Assembly: GCA_934140005.1 (NCBI GenBank)
Contig: CAKPBB010000001.1
Coordinates: forward strand, 159,147 to 223,146
Source of the DNA: an uncultured Clostridia bacterium
GTDB lineage: Bacteria; Bacillota; Clostridia; TANB77; CAG-508
DNA length: 64,000 nucleotides
Reading direction: 5' to 3'
Part shown: positions 8,791 through 17,398 of the stretch, piece by piece
How positions within the stretch are numbered: the stretch's first letter is position 1
Layout: each line of letters begins with the position of its first letter
Made by a program: the position numbers and the translations under genes
Notes under the pieces: model-generated
What the model was told of the DNA's origin: nothing
Database searches by the model: none
Seen by the model: the letters and a program-made list of their open reading frames with translations, nothing else

Positions 8791-9036
8791 ATGGAACAAA
8801 AATTATTAAAAATATTTAAACTTGCTGATAAATTAAATACAAAACAGAGCAAAGTTTATGCAGAAATAAATTATTCTGCAAATGATTCGCAAAAATTAGA
8901 AATTATTATAAGGTCAAAAAAGAATTATTCATATATTGAAAAATGCGAAATTACTATAACAGAAGATTCTGAAATCAAATGGGATAATGTTATTACACTT
9001 TTTGAAACTTTTGTTGGAGGTGTATCTTATGAATAA
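8791..9036 (+). CDS. Hypothetical small protein
   Basis: ORF with RBS. No motifs. Confidence 0.35.
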   Translation: MEQKLLKIFKLADKLNTKQSKVYAEINYSANDSQKLEIIIRSKKNYSYIEKCEITITEDSEIKWDNVITLFETFVGGVSYE

Positions 9037-9250
9037 AAAAGAGGCAGTTGCTTATGGTCAAATAGCTTTTGAAAGCATGATGCATTCTGGCTTTAAAGGT
9101 GAATTAAGTGTTACTAATTTCGGTATAGAAATGAAACAAGCATTTAAAATGTATCCAAGAAATATTGTATTAGAAATTGCCGAAAGTAAAATTTATGCAG
9201 AAAAAAAATTACAAGATTTAAAAAATGGATGTGATATCAATGGACGATAA
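9029..9250 (+). CDS. Hypothetical small protein
   Basis: ATG 9029 after TTGGAGG. Overlaps its neighbours, implying operon coupling. Confidence 0.35.
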   Translation: MNKKEAVAYGQIAFESMMHSGFKGELSVTNFGIEMKQAFKMYPRNIVLEIAESKIYAEKKLQDLKNGCDINGR

Positions 9251-9437
9251 CAATGAATGCTTAGGCATTAGTATTGATGAAGCATGTAAATTACTTGGAA
9301 TAGGTAGAAATTTGATGCTAAAATTAGTACATGTACAAGGATTTCCAGCAATAATTTTTAAAAGAAAAATTATTATAAATAAAAATTTATTGCCAAAATG
9401 GTTTGATGAAAACTGTGGAAAATATGGGCATTATTGA
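9225..9437 (+). CDS. Excisionase / HTH_17-type DNA-binding protein
   Basis: ...LGISIDEACKLLGIGRNLMLKLVHVQGFPAIIFKRKIIINKNLLPKWF is an Xis/MerR-like wing-helix pattern. Sits immediately upstream of the integrase. Confidence 0.55.
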   Translation: MDVISMDDNNECLGISIDEACKLLGIGRNLMLKLVHVQGFPAIIFKRKIIINKNLLPKWFDENCGKYGHY

Positions 9438-9555
9438 ACTGAAAAAATTTTTTCGGTTCAACATTGCTTATTTTTTATATTTATTATAGAATATTGATGA
9501 ATTTATAGTATCAAATTTATCAATATTCTCAAAACCTCTAAAGGGAGGATATTGA

Positions 9556-11247
9556 ATGGAAAAAATACTTTGTAATACCACTAATACTATGCAAAAAATG
9601 GATACACCTACAAAAGAAAAAATTAGTGGGGCAACTTTTTATCGTGTAAAATTATTTGATAGAGCAAATAGACATGATGCTAGAATTTCTTTGCCAATTT
9701 TTAAAACAGGAGTAAATCCTAGATTAAGTGCAAGTTCTTCTACCTCAAAAGAAGAAGCAGTATTAAAATTACTGGAAAAAATTAAGGCAGCATTAATTAA
9801 TGGAATTAATGAAAAAACAGTAAGTGCTAATAATTTGTTTTTTATTTTTGATAACATTTCAACATCATTACATGATTTAGGAATACAAACAACCTTAATT
9901 TTAACACAATTTCATAATATTGTTTCATGCATATATGGATATTTGAACACAAATATTATTGCACCAGTTGCTCCTCAAGTAACGGATGCTGTTTTAAGTA
10001 ATAATCAAATTGCTAATACAGATCTATATGTTTCAAACGCAAATAACCAAATACAACCTGATAAAGATTTACGCGAAATATTATCTTTCCAACAGGTTGC
10101 AATAAAATGGTTTAATTATAAGAAAAAATTTACAATAAAAACAGAGGAAAATCTAAAACCTTTAAGTAAAAAAACTCTATCGGGTTATAATAAAATAATG
10201 AATTTAATCTTGATTCCTTATTTTGCTAATAATATAAATATAAATTCTTTAAGCAATGATGATTTAAATAATTGTATAAAATCAACGAATGGTACTAGGC
10301 AAAAGGAAAGTGCACAAATAGTTTTAAAAATGATTATCGACTATGCTAGGGATCAAAACTATATAAATTCATTAAGAACAATTAACAAACCTCAAAAAGC
10401 ACCTCAAAATTCAATGTTACAAATAGAAGGTCATGATTTTGTATATATAGAATCAAGTAGGCAAGAACATTGGTTAGATTGTTTTGAATATGCAGGAACA
10501 GATATTGCATATTTGTTTGAAGGAATGTTGTTAGAAGGTCTTAGGCCAGAAGAAGCCTGTGGACTTTGTTGGGATTCAATAGTAGATGATGACAATTATT
10601 TTATTATAAATACTGCTTTCAAAGATTTTCCAATATATAATGAAGATGCTGAAATTATAGGTCATGTTAGAGAATATGATAAGTTAAAAACAGACACAAG
10701 TTATAGAAAAATACCAATACATCCTAGATATAAAGATATATTAGTAGAACATAAAAAAAATCAAAAAAAGCTATTTAAAAAAATTAATTTAAAATGGAGT
10801 GAAAAAACACCAATATTTTTAAATAGATATCACAAGCCATATGTTCCTGAAAATCTTTCAAAAGCTTTAAGATCTTTTAGAAATAAGTATAATCTTGAAT
10901 ACCTTACACCTTATGGATTGCGACATTCTTTTGCTACATTTATGTCTGAAAAAGGTATGAGAGATATTGTTTTAATGAAATTGATGGGACATGCAGACTT
11001 TAGAACAACTGAAAAATACTATATTTTTGTATCTGATGAAAGAAAGAAAAAAGAATATGAACAAGCATGGGGATTAACTCCAACAACAAATGATGATATA
11101 GAAAACATTGATTGCTCTAATATTCAAAATAATAATGATAACAATATTGATATGAACATGATGGCAAAAGAATTTGAACAATTGCAAAAAATATGGATGC
11201 AAACTCTTGCAATATTTGTAATGGCACAAAAAAATAATACCATTTAA
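9556..11247 (+). CDS. Large tyrosine integrase (563 aa), site-specific recombinase
   Basis: C-terminal catalytic residues: LRPEEACGL (R), YGLRHSFATFM (H-x-x-R), GHADFRTTEKYY (Y). Ends 10 nt from the 3' end of tRNA-Lys. Confidence 0.85.
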   Translation: MEKILCNTTNTMQKMDTPTKEKISGATFYRVKLFDRANRHDARISLPIFKTGVNPRLSASSSTSKEEAVLKLLEKIKAALINGINEKTVSANNLFFIFDNISTSLHDLGIQTTLILTQFHNIVSCIYGYLNTNIIAPVAPQVTDAVLSNNQIANTDLYVSNANNQIQPDKDLREILSFQQVAIKWFNYKKKFTIKTEENLKPLSKKTLSGYNKIMNLILIPYFANNININSLSNDDLNNCIKSTNGTRQKESAQIVLKMIIDYARDQNYINSLRTINKPQKAPQNSMLQIEGHDFVYIESSRQEHWLDCFEYAGTDIAYLFEGMLLEGLRPEEACGLCWDSIVDDDNYFIINTAFKDFPIYNEDAEIIGHVREYDKLKTDTSYRKIPIHPRYKDILVEHKKNQKKLFKKINLKWSEKTPIFLNRYHKPYVPENLSKALRSFRNKYNLEYLTPYGLRHSFATFMSEKGMRDIVLMKLMGHADFRTTEKYYIFVSDERKKKEYEQAWGLTPTTNDDIENIDCSNIQNNNDNNIDMNMMAKEFEQLQKIWMQTLAIFVMAQKNNTI

Positions 11248-11257
11248 GGTATTATTT

Positions 11258-11333
11258 TGGTGCATCACCGGGGAATCGAACCCCGAACCTCCAGATTAAG
11301 AGTCTGTTGCTCTGCCAATTGAGCTAGTGATGC
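11258..11333 (-). tRNA. tRNA-Lys (anticodon CUU)
   Basis: Reverse complement GCATCAC-TA-GCTC-AATTGGCA-GAGC-A-ACAGA-CTCTTAA-TCTGG-AGGTT-CGGGG-TTCGATT-CCCCG-GTGATGC-A-CCA gives a full cloverleaf. T-loop is TTCGATT. Confidence 0.85.
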
Positions 11334-11339
11334 ATGTAA

Positions 11340-11460
11340 AAAAAGTTTATTGGCTATAAAAAATGTTTATTAGTTTAAAAAAAAATTTATTGGTTATAAA
11401 TATTGGTGCAAGTTGGTGCAAGTTGGTGCAAGTTGGTGCAAGTTGGTGCAAGTTGGCGCA
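11340..11460. repeat. Complex direct-repeat region: 3 x ~21-bp AAAAA(G/T)GTTTATTGG(C/T)TATAAA then 6 x 10-bp AGTTGGTGCA
   Basis: Read directly from the sequence. The 10-mer contains TGGTGCA, i.e. the complement of a tRNA CCA/acceptor end (TGCACCA). Confidence 0.85.
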
Positions 11461-11548
11461 TTTTACAGATTTTATAAAAAAGTAAAACCTGTAAAAATCT
11501 ACAAATACAGTGTTATATGCACATTGGCGCTAATAGATATATCCCATT

Positions 11549-11595
11549 ACCATCTGATTAAGAGTCAACTGCTCTACCAACTGAGCTAATGGTGC
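11549..11595 (-). pseudogene. 3'-truncated tRNA-Lys-like fragment (acceptor 5' strand, D-arm and anticodon arm only)
   Basis: Reverse complement GCACCAT-TA-GCTC-AGTTGGTA-GAGC-A-GTTGA-CTCTTAA-TCAGA then unrelated sequence. No T-arm and no 3' acceptor strand. Confidence 0.6.
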
Positions 11596-11781
11596 ATATA
11601 TTAACAAGAATTATTATAGTATATCAAACTACCTTTGTCAATACTTTTATAATTTTTTTGGTAAAAGGGATTTTTGGAATGAAAGATATATACCAAAATT
11701 ATAACAATAAGTAGTTGTATTTAAATTTCTTTAATGATAAAATTCCGTATATAAAATGAATAAATATAAGAGAGGAATTTT

Positions 11782-12486
11782 ATGATAGATTTACACAGTC
11801 ATATTTTATTTGAAACAGATGATGGATCTAAATCTTTGGAAGAGAGTGTTATTATGGCAAAAGAAGCTTATGATGCAGGATTTACAACTATTTGTTGCAC
11901 TCCACATTATTTAGAACCACAATATAAAAAAACAAAAGAAGAAAATACAAAAACTCTAGAAAGATTAAAAGAAGAATTAGAGAAAAACAATATTCCAATA
12001 GAACTATTTCTTGGAAACGAAATTTATATTGTAAATAATATTGAAGAATTAGTGGAAAACAATATTACAAGTAGAATTGGGAATTCTGAATATATTTTAT
12101 TTGAATTGCCATTATTTCAAAAGCTTTCAAATGCAGTAGATATTATAAGAAATTTACCATATACAAAACTAATATTAGCACATCCTGAAAGGTATGAATA
12201 TGTACAAAAAGATATCTCATATTTAGATGATTTCATAGAGATGGGTGTTTTGTTACAGGGAAACTATGAAAGTATATTGGGAAAATATGGTAGAACGGCA
12301 CAAAAAACTTTGAAGAAATTATTGAAACAAAAAAAGATAGACTTTTTATCAACAGATACGCATAAAAAAAGTTCAACATATACAAAAATGGAAGAAATAC
12401 AGAGAAAATTAAGGAAGATAGTTAAAGAAGACTACTATAACTCCTTAACATTCGAAATCCCTAATGAAATTTTAAGAAATATTTAA
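11782..12486 (+). CDS. CpsB/YwqE-type tyrosine-protein phosphatase (PHP family)
   Basis: N-terminal MIDLHSHILFETDDG and ...TTICCTPHY are hallmarks of CpsB. Confidence 0.85.
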   Translation: MIDLHSHILFETDDGSKSLEESVIMAKEAYDAGFTTICCTPHYLEPQYKKTKEENTKTLERLKEELEKNNIPIELFLGNEIYIVNNIEELVENNITSRIGNSEYILFELPLFQKLSNAVDIIRNLPYTKLILAHPERYEYVQKDISYLDDFIEMGVLLQGNYESILGKYGRTAQKTLKKLLKQKKIDFLSTDTHKKSSTYTKMEEIQRKLRKIVKEDYYNSLTFEIPNEILRNI

Positions 12487-12539
12487 AATTTTGTTGAATA
12501 AAAATATAATTATAGGTATAATATTTTGGGTGGTAATTA

Positions 12540-14459
12540 ATGGAAGAATTTGATTTAAAAAGATTTGCCAAAACTGCATGGCAAAAAAAATGGCTAATCA
12601 TAGCTGTTGTAGTAATATCAGTTGTTGTAGGATATGTGTATTCCTTCTTTATGGTAGTACCAAAATATCAATCAACAACTAAAATAGTTTTAACTAAGGT
12701 TGAATCAGTAGATAATGCAGAAGATGTGGATTCAATTACTCAAACAGATATAACAATGAATAAGAGTTTAATTGATACTTATGGCGATATTATCATGAGT
12801 CGTAAGGTTGCAAGAAGTGTAATCGAAAATTTGAGTTTAGACATGCAAGAAGAACAATTAATAAAAGCAATTAGTGTTACAGCAGGTGATGCAACTGCAA
12901 TATTAAAAATTACTGTATCAAACGAAGACGCAGAAGTTGCAAAAGATTTAACCAATGAAGTTGCAAGAGTCTTTGCGGAACAAGTAAAAGAAATTTACAA
13001 AATAAACAATGTAAATGTTATTGATGAAGCTGAAGTTGCAACAGTACCTTATAATGTACATCATGCGAAAGATTTAGCAATATTCTTTGTATTAGGCGCA
13101 TTCCTTTCAGGTGGATTAGTTTTAGTAATATATATGCTAGATACAACAATTAAGCAAACAGAAGATATTGAAGCATTAAATTTACATGTTGCGGGAATAA
13201 TACCATTATACGAAAAAGAATGTGAAGAAAAAATGGTAAAAGAGTCTAAAAGAGATGAAAAAGTTAATAGTAAGAGAGGAAAAGAATCAGAACTAATAGT
13301 ATTAGAAAATGCAAAGTCTCCAATTACAGAAGCTTTTAGAACATTGAGAACAAATATAATTTTTGCAAAGAATGATGGCAAAGTAAAAAATATTTTAATT
13401 TCTAGTGCTAACTCTCAAGATGGAAAGAGTTATGTTTCAGCAAATTTAGCAACAATGTTTGCTAAAGCAAATAAAAGAGTTGTTATTGTTGATGCTGATA
13501 TGAGAAAAGGAAGACAAAACAAAATATTTAAAGTTTCTAATTCTCAAGGTTTAGCAAACTGTTTAGTAGATATGGGTTCTAGAGCTAGAATGGAATTATC
13601 ACAAATGTCTAAATACATTAAACAAACTAGAATTCCAAATTTGCATATTATAACATCAGGTGATAGACCTTCTAACCCAGCTGAATTGCTTTCAGCAACA
13701 AGAGTTTCTAAAGTATTAGAAATGCTAGATTCTATTTACGATATTGTAATTATAGATGGAACACCATCAGCAATAGTGTCTGATAGTGTGGCAATTTCAA
13801 AATTTGTTGATATAACTTTAATTGTTGCTGCATATAAAACAACTAAAGTTGAAACTTTAGGAAAATTAAAGAAAAATTTTGAGAATGTTGGTGGAAAAAT
13901 TTCAGGAGTTATATTAAATAAATATCCATTTTCCAAAAATACATATACAGAAAGCTACTATTATGACGATAACAAAGGAAAATCAAATAGTTTAGAACAA
14001 ACTGAACAAAGTATTAAGTCTGTTTCTGAAATGATAGAAGAAGCAAGTAGGAGAAGCAAAAATACATCCACTGTTTTTGAAGAAGAAAAGAGCTTGTATG
14101 AAGTTTCAAATGATTTTTCAGAAAGTGGTTTAGCAAATATTTCAAGTTCAGAAGCAAATAGATATTTAGAATATAAATTAGACAATATAAATTCCGAATT
14201 AATGAATATGAAAAATATGTTTATTCAAGCTATGATGGAAAACAATAGGATTGATCCAAGAGATATTACAGATATAAAGATGGAAATCAGCAATATGAAA
14301 CAAATGATAGACTTAAGAAATGATTTAGATGTAAGTAAAGAAATAAGAGACGAAATTGAAAGTGTTAAAGCAATTACAGAAAGTTTAGCCAATACACAAA
14401 GAGAAAATAATGAAAAAGTAAAGAGATTTATAGAAGAATATCGTAGAAGAAGGGGATAA
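12540..14459 (+). CDS. Fused polysaccharide co-polymerase (Wzz/CpsC) and BY tyrosine kinase (CpsD) with long C-terminal coiled-coil extension
   Basis: Two TM segments flank a periplasmic chain-length-determinant region. Walker A is SSANSQDGKSYVSANLA, Walker A' is VVIVDADMRKG, and the Tyr cluster is YTESYYYDD. A further ~160 aa are E/K/N-rich. Confidence 0.8.
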   Translation: MEEFDLKRFAKTAWQKKWLIIAVVVISVVVGYVYSFFMVVPKYQSTTKIVLTKVESVDNAEDVDSITQTDITMNKSLIDTYGDIIMSRKVARSVIENLSLDMQEEQLIKAISVTAGDATAILKITVSNEDAEVAKDLTNEVARVFAEQVKEIYKINNVNVIDEAEVATVPYNVHHAKDLAIFFVLGAFLSGGLVLVIYMLDTTIKQTEDIEALNLHVAGIIPLYEKECEEKMVKESKRDEKVNSKRGKESELIVLENAKSPITEAFRTLRTNIIFAKNDGKVKNILISSANSQDGKSYVSANLATMFAKANKRVVIVDADMRKGRQNKIFKVSNSQGLANCLVDMGSRARMELSQMSKYIKQTRIPNLHIITSGDRPSNPAELLSATRVSKVLEMLDSIYDIVIIDGTPSAIVSDSVAISKFVDITLIVAAYKTTKVETLGKLKKNFENVGGKISGVILNKYPFSKNTYTESYYYDDNKGKSNSLEQTEQSIKSVSEMIEEASRRSKNTSTVFEEEKSLYEVSNDFSESGLANISSSEANRYLEYKLDNINSELMNMKNMFIQAMMENNRIDPRDITDIKMEISNMKQMIDLRNDLDVSKEIRDEIESVKAITESLANTQRENNEKVKRFIEEYRRRRG

Positions 14460-14482
14460 TTCTTAAACAAATATATTAAAAT

Positions 14483-14520
14483 GAGTTATTAAACTGCAAA
14501 TGTTTAGTAACTCTTTTTTA
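14483..14520 (+). terminator. Probable rho-independent terminator
   Basis: GAGTTATTAAAC ... GTTTAGTAACTC imperfect hairpin followed by TTTTTTATTT. Confidence 0.35.
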
Positions 14521-14591
14521 TTTAAAAAATTGAATATTGTTAATAAAATAGAGAATAATAATATAAAAATCAAAAAGAGAGGATTAAAAAA

Positions 14592-14780
14592 ATGGCAAGT
14601 TTGACACAAATAGAATTAAGAAATTTAAAACACCTAATTTGTATGGAAGATACTGCGTATAAGAAATTGACTAATTATGCTGATTATGCAGTTGACCCTC
14701 AAATAAAGCAGGTATTTAGTAAAGCAGCACAAGATGCTTTAAATACAAAAACAAAATTGATATCTTTTTTAAGTAAATAG
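14592..14780 (+). CDS. Small protein, possible Coat-F-domain (spore-coat-associated) protein
   Basis: 62 aa. ...DTAYKKLTNYADYAVDPQIKQVFSKAAQDAL resembles the first half of Coat_F-type proteins. Confidence 0.3.
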   Translation: MASLTQIELRNLKHLICMEDTAYKKLTNYADYAVDPQIKQVFSKAAQDALNTKTKLISFLSK

Positions 14781-14788
14781 GAGGAAAA

Positions 14789-15034
14789 GTGGAAGAGAAA
14801 AATATGGTAAATGATGTTCAAGAAGGCTGTATAGCTTTTCTAAAGGAGTATCAAAATTCAATTGTAGAATGTAATAACATGGAATTTAGACAATTATTAC
14901 AAAATTTTAGGAACAATTATGAAAGTTTTCAGTTTGAAATTCTTAAATTGGCTGAATCTAAAGGATATTATGATTTGGAAGAAAAGGCAACAATTGCTGA
15001 AATCACAAAAATACGAAATGAATTTGTTGAATAA
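14789..15034 (+). CDS. Small protein, possible Coat-F-domain protein
   Basis: 81 aa. ...EFRQLLQNFRNNYESFQFEILKLAESKGYY has a Coat_F-like C-terminus (…GWY). Confidence 0.3.
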   Translation: MEEKNMVNDVQEGCIAFLKEYQNSIVECNNMEFRQLLQNFRNNYESFQFEILKLAESKGYYDLEEKATIAEITKIRNEFVE

Positions 15035-15126
15035 AATGTTGAATTTAAGTATTTCCTTTAAAAACAAAGAAAAAGGGAGAAAATAAATAGCAAATAGCCT
15101 AAAAAAACCAAATTTTACAAATTGCT

Positions 15127-15154
15127 ATTGAATCAAAAAATATATAGAATATAA
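15127..15154 (+). promoter_or_regulatory. SigA-type promoter (TTGAAT - 16 bp - TATAAT)
   Basis: Read directly. Lies 35 nt upstream of the M23 peptidase start. Confidence 0.4.
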
Positions 15155-15189
15155 TCAGCAAAAGAAAAAGGTAAAGGAGTGTAAAATTA

Positions 15190-16173
15190 GTGATTAAAAA
15201 ACTAATCATTCATCTAAAAGTATGGACAAAGCTGATTATAACTATTATTTGTGCTTTGGCAATAATTGGTTTCTTAATATTCTTTGTTTATAAGCCAACA
15301 TATAGTGTTACTTTAAATGGTGAATTTATAGGATATACAGAAGATAAGAAAAAGTTACAAGACAAAATATATGATTATTCAAAGTCAGGTGATAACAATC
15401 TTATTGCTTTTGTAGATATAGAAACTTTACCAGAATATAAAATGTGTTTATTAAAGAAAGGGATTACAACTAATAGTGATGAAATCTTTTCTAAAATAGT
15501 TAGCACAGGAATTCCGTATTATAAATATTATGCAATTTTAGACAATAATGAAGAAAAATTTTATGTACAATCTTTTGAAGAAGCAGAAAATATTTTAAAT
15601 GAGCTTAAAGAAAAAGATAGTAATAATAAAGATAATATTACTTATGCTTTAAAATATAATACAGAGTTAAAAACATTTACAGATACAGCAACAGCAGTTG
15701 CTGACTTATACATAGAAAAACCAAAAATAGTTAAAAAGCCTGTTTCAGCTAAAGTGAATACATCAGCAAACGTTGACTTTAGTAATACTGCTTTAGGAAT
15801 TGCTCTAATAAAGCCAATTAATGGTACAATCTCTTCTCGTTTCGGAGTAAGAAGTAGCATAAGAAGTAGCATTCATACTGGGTTAGATATTGCAGCATCA
15901 AAAGGAACACCAATAAAGGCAGCAGCTGATGGAACGGTTGTATACTCAGGAAGGAAGGGTTCTTTAGGAAATCTTGTTGTATTAGATCATGGAAATGGTG
16001 TAGAAACCTATTATGCACATTGTAATTCTTTAGTGGCAACTGTTGGAGAAACAGTTGAACAAGGTGAAGTGATTGCTTATGTTGGTTCAACAGGAAACTC
16101 AACTGGACCTCATTTACACTTAGAAATTAGAGTGAATGGAGTTGCAAAAAATCCACAAAATTATTTATATTAA
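15190..16173 (+). CDS. M23/LytM-family metallo-endopeptidase with N-terminal membrane anchor
   Basis: HTGLDIAASKGTPIKAAADGTVVYSG ... GNLVVLDHGNGVETYYAHC ... GSTGNSTGPHLHLEIRVNG (HxxxD ... HxH). GTG start. Confidence 0.85.
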   Translation: MIKKLIIHLKVWTKLIITIICALAIIGFLIFFVYKPTYSVTLNGEFIGYTEDKKKLQDKIYDYSKSGDNNLIAFVDIETLPEYKMCLLKKGITTNSDEIFSKIVSTGIPYYKYYAILDNNEEKFYVQSFEEAENILNELKEKDSNNKDNITYALKYNTELKTFTDTATAVADLYIEKPKIVKKPVSAKVNTSANVDFSNTALGIALIKPINGTISSRFGVRSSIRSSIHTGLDIAASKGTPIKAAADGTVVYSGRKGSLGNLVVLDHGNGVETYYAHCNSLVATVGETVEQGEVIAYVGSTGNSTGPHLHLEIRVNGVAKNPQNYLY

Positions 16174-16177
16174 AAAT

Positions 16178-16220
16178 AAACGGTTTATTCCAATATAAAA
16201 AGAGGATAAACCGTTTTTTT
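16178..16220. terminator. Rho-independent terminator, bidirectional
   Basis: 11-bp stem AAACGGTTTAT / ATAAACCGTTT with a T-run after. Lies between convergent genes. Confidence 0.6.
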
Positions 16221-16221
16221 A

Positions 16222-16848
16222 CTATTTAATACATAAGTTTATAGCACTTTTTGGAAGAAAACAAATTGAATTTTCTTTTAATTTGGCTAAAAAAGTTTGT
16301 GAATTGCTAATAAATTTTGCAAACTCAGTTATAGTCGAATAAAAAAATTCTTTTTCTTTATCTGTTAATTTATTTGTTGAAATGGCTAAAAAATATTGTG
16401 AATCATATTTGAATAATGAATTTTTATTTTCAATAGCACTTAATATAGAGGTACTAGTATCTTCTACTGCAATAAATTGACAAAAGTTTATAAAATCATC
16501 AAAACTTTTAAAACTATAAATTGATAGATTGCTTGAAGATGAGTTTGTTTTTCTTTTTATATGTACAACATTAGAATTAGATTTCTTTTTTACTTTCGTA
16601 ATTTTTCCTAACCTAGCAACAGTTAAAATAAAAATTCCATTTGACAATGCTAAAGTATTGATTTCAAGTTTGTATTCATCAGTTTGAAAATTTAAGTTTT
16701 CTTCGGCTTGTTCTAGTATTTTAAAGAACAATTCTTGATTTTGGATTGCATTAGACATAAAAGAATGAAAGTCAATATTATTGTCTTTTAAATCAGTATA
16801 ATCAAAAGTTACTTTAATTTTATCATCATTTATTTTTTCTATTTTCAA
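16222..16848 (-). CDS. mecA: MecA-like adaptor protein (probable TTG start; the listed ORF is over-extended at its N-terminus)
   Basis: From the TTG at 16846-16848 (after GGGGG): (M)KIEKINDDKIKVTFDYTDLKDNNIDF... resembles the MecA N-terminus (MEIERIN..TVKF..). The upstream extension MHILYRLSIYLHLLYF looks non-coding. Confidence 0.5.
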   Translation of the reverse strand: MKIEKINDDKIKVTFDYTDLKDNNIDFHSFMSNAIQNQELFFKILEQAEENLNFQTDEYKLEINTLALSNGIFILTVARLGKITKVKKKSNSNVVHIKRKTNSSSSNLSIYSFKSFDDFINFCQFIAVEDTSTSILSAIENKNSLFKYDSQYFLAISTNKLTDKEKEFFYSTITEFAKFISNSQTFLAKLKENSICFLPKSAINLCIK

Positions 16849-17081
16849 AGGTGCACCCCCATAAAAGTATTGATATAATTTATTATACAACTTTATAAAA
16901 TAAAGTAAATGTAAATAAATGGATAGTCTATATAATATATGCAATAGAACTGAAAATATTTACTTAAAACTGAAAATAACTAGCAGATAAAAAACTTTAT
17001 AAAACTTTGTATATTGACTTGAAAAAAAGGAGTTATCAAGATATAATAATTAAGTAAAAAATCAAAGTTCCGTAGGAAAAA

Positions 17082-17351
17082 ATGGAGGAAAATATGGCAA
17101 CAAAAGACAAAAATATTTGGATATTATTAATTTTTATTTTATCAGGAATAGTAATAGGAGGATTACTTGGTGAATTAGCCTCTAGAATAGATGTTTTATG
17201 GTGGCTAAATTATGGTCAAGAATTTGGTATGAAAGAACCATTTACACTTGATTTAAGTATAATGAAAATAAGCTTTAGCCTTATGTTCAAAATAACAGTT
17301 GCAAGTATTATTGGAATAGCAATTTCAATATTTGTATATAGAAAAGTATAG
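17082..17351 (+). CDS. Small two-TM membrane protein (DUF4321-like, commonly upstream of mreB in Clostridia)
   Basis: 89 aa with two hydrophobic helices. Synteny with mreB. Confidence 0.45.
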   Translation: MEENMATKDKNIWILLIFILSGIVIGGLLGELASRIDVLWWLNYGQEFGMKEPFTLDLSIMKISFSLMFKITVASIIGIAISIFVYRKV

Positions 17352-17398
17352 GGTTTTTAAACAATAGGCAATTAAGTAAAAACAATAGGAGATAATAA

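Noticed and set aside
1228-11247. Island considered as an intact prophage or conjugative element
   Set aside because: No capsid, tail, terminase, relaxase or T4SS genes are present. Only recombinases, an Xis-like protein and regulators are present, so it is at most a remnant or mobilizable island.
11398-11460. 10-bp tandem repeat considered as a CRISPR array
   Set aside because: The units are contiguous with no spacers, the period is 10 bp, and no cas genes are present, so it is not CRISPR.
11549-11595. Second tRNA-Lys considered as a complete functional tRNA
   Set aside because: No T-arm or 3' acceptor strand can be formed from the downstream sequence. Only the 5' half is tRNA-like.
13061-14470. 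Minus-strand ORFs inside the Wzz/BY-kinase gene
   Set aside because: Antisense to a confidently assigned gene (Walker motifs, Y-cluster).
16849-16944. N-terminal extension MHILYRLSIYLHLLYFIKLYNKLYQYFYGG of the MecA-like ORF
   Set aside because: Low-complexity reading of AT-rich intergenic DNA. The MecA-like N-terminus begins at the internal TTG after a GGGGG RBS.
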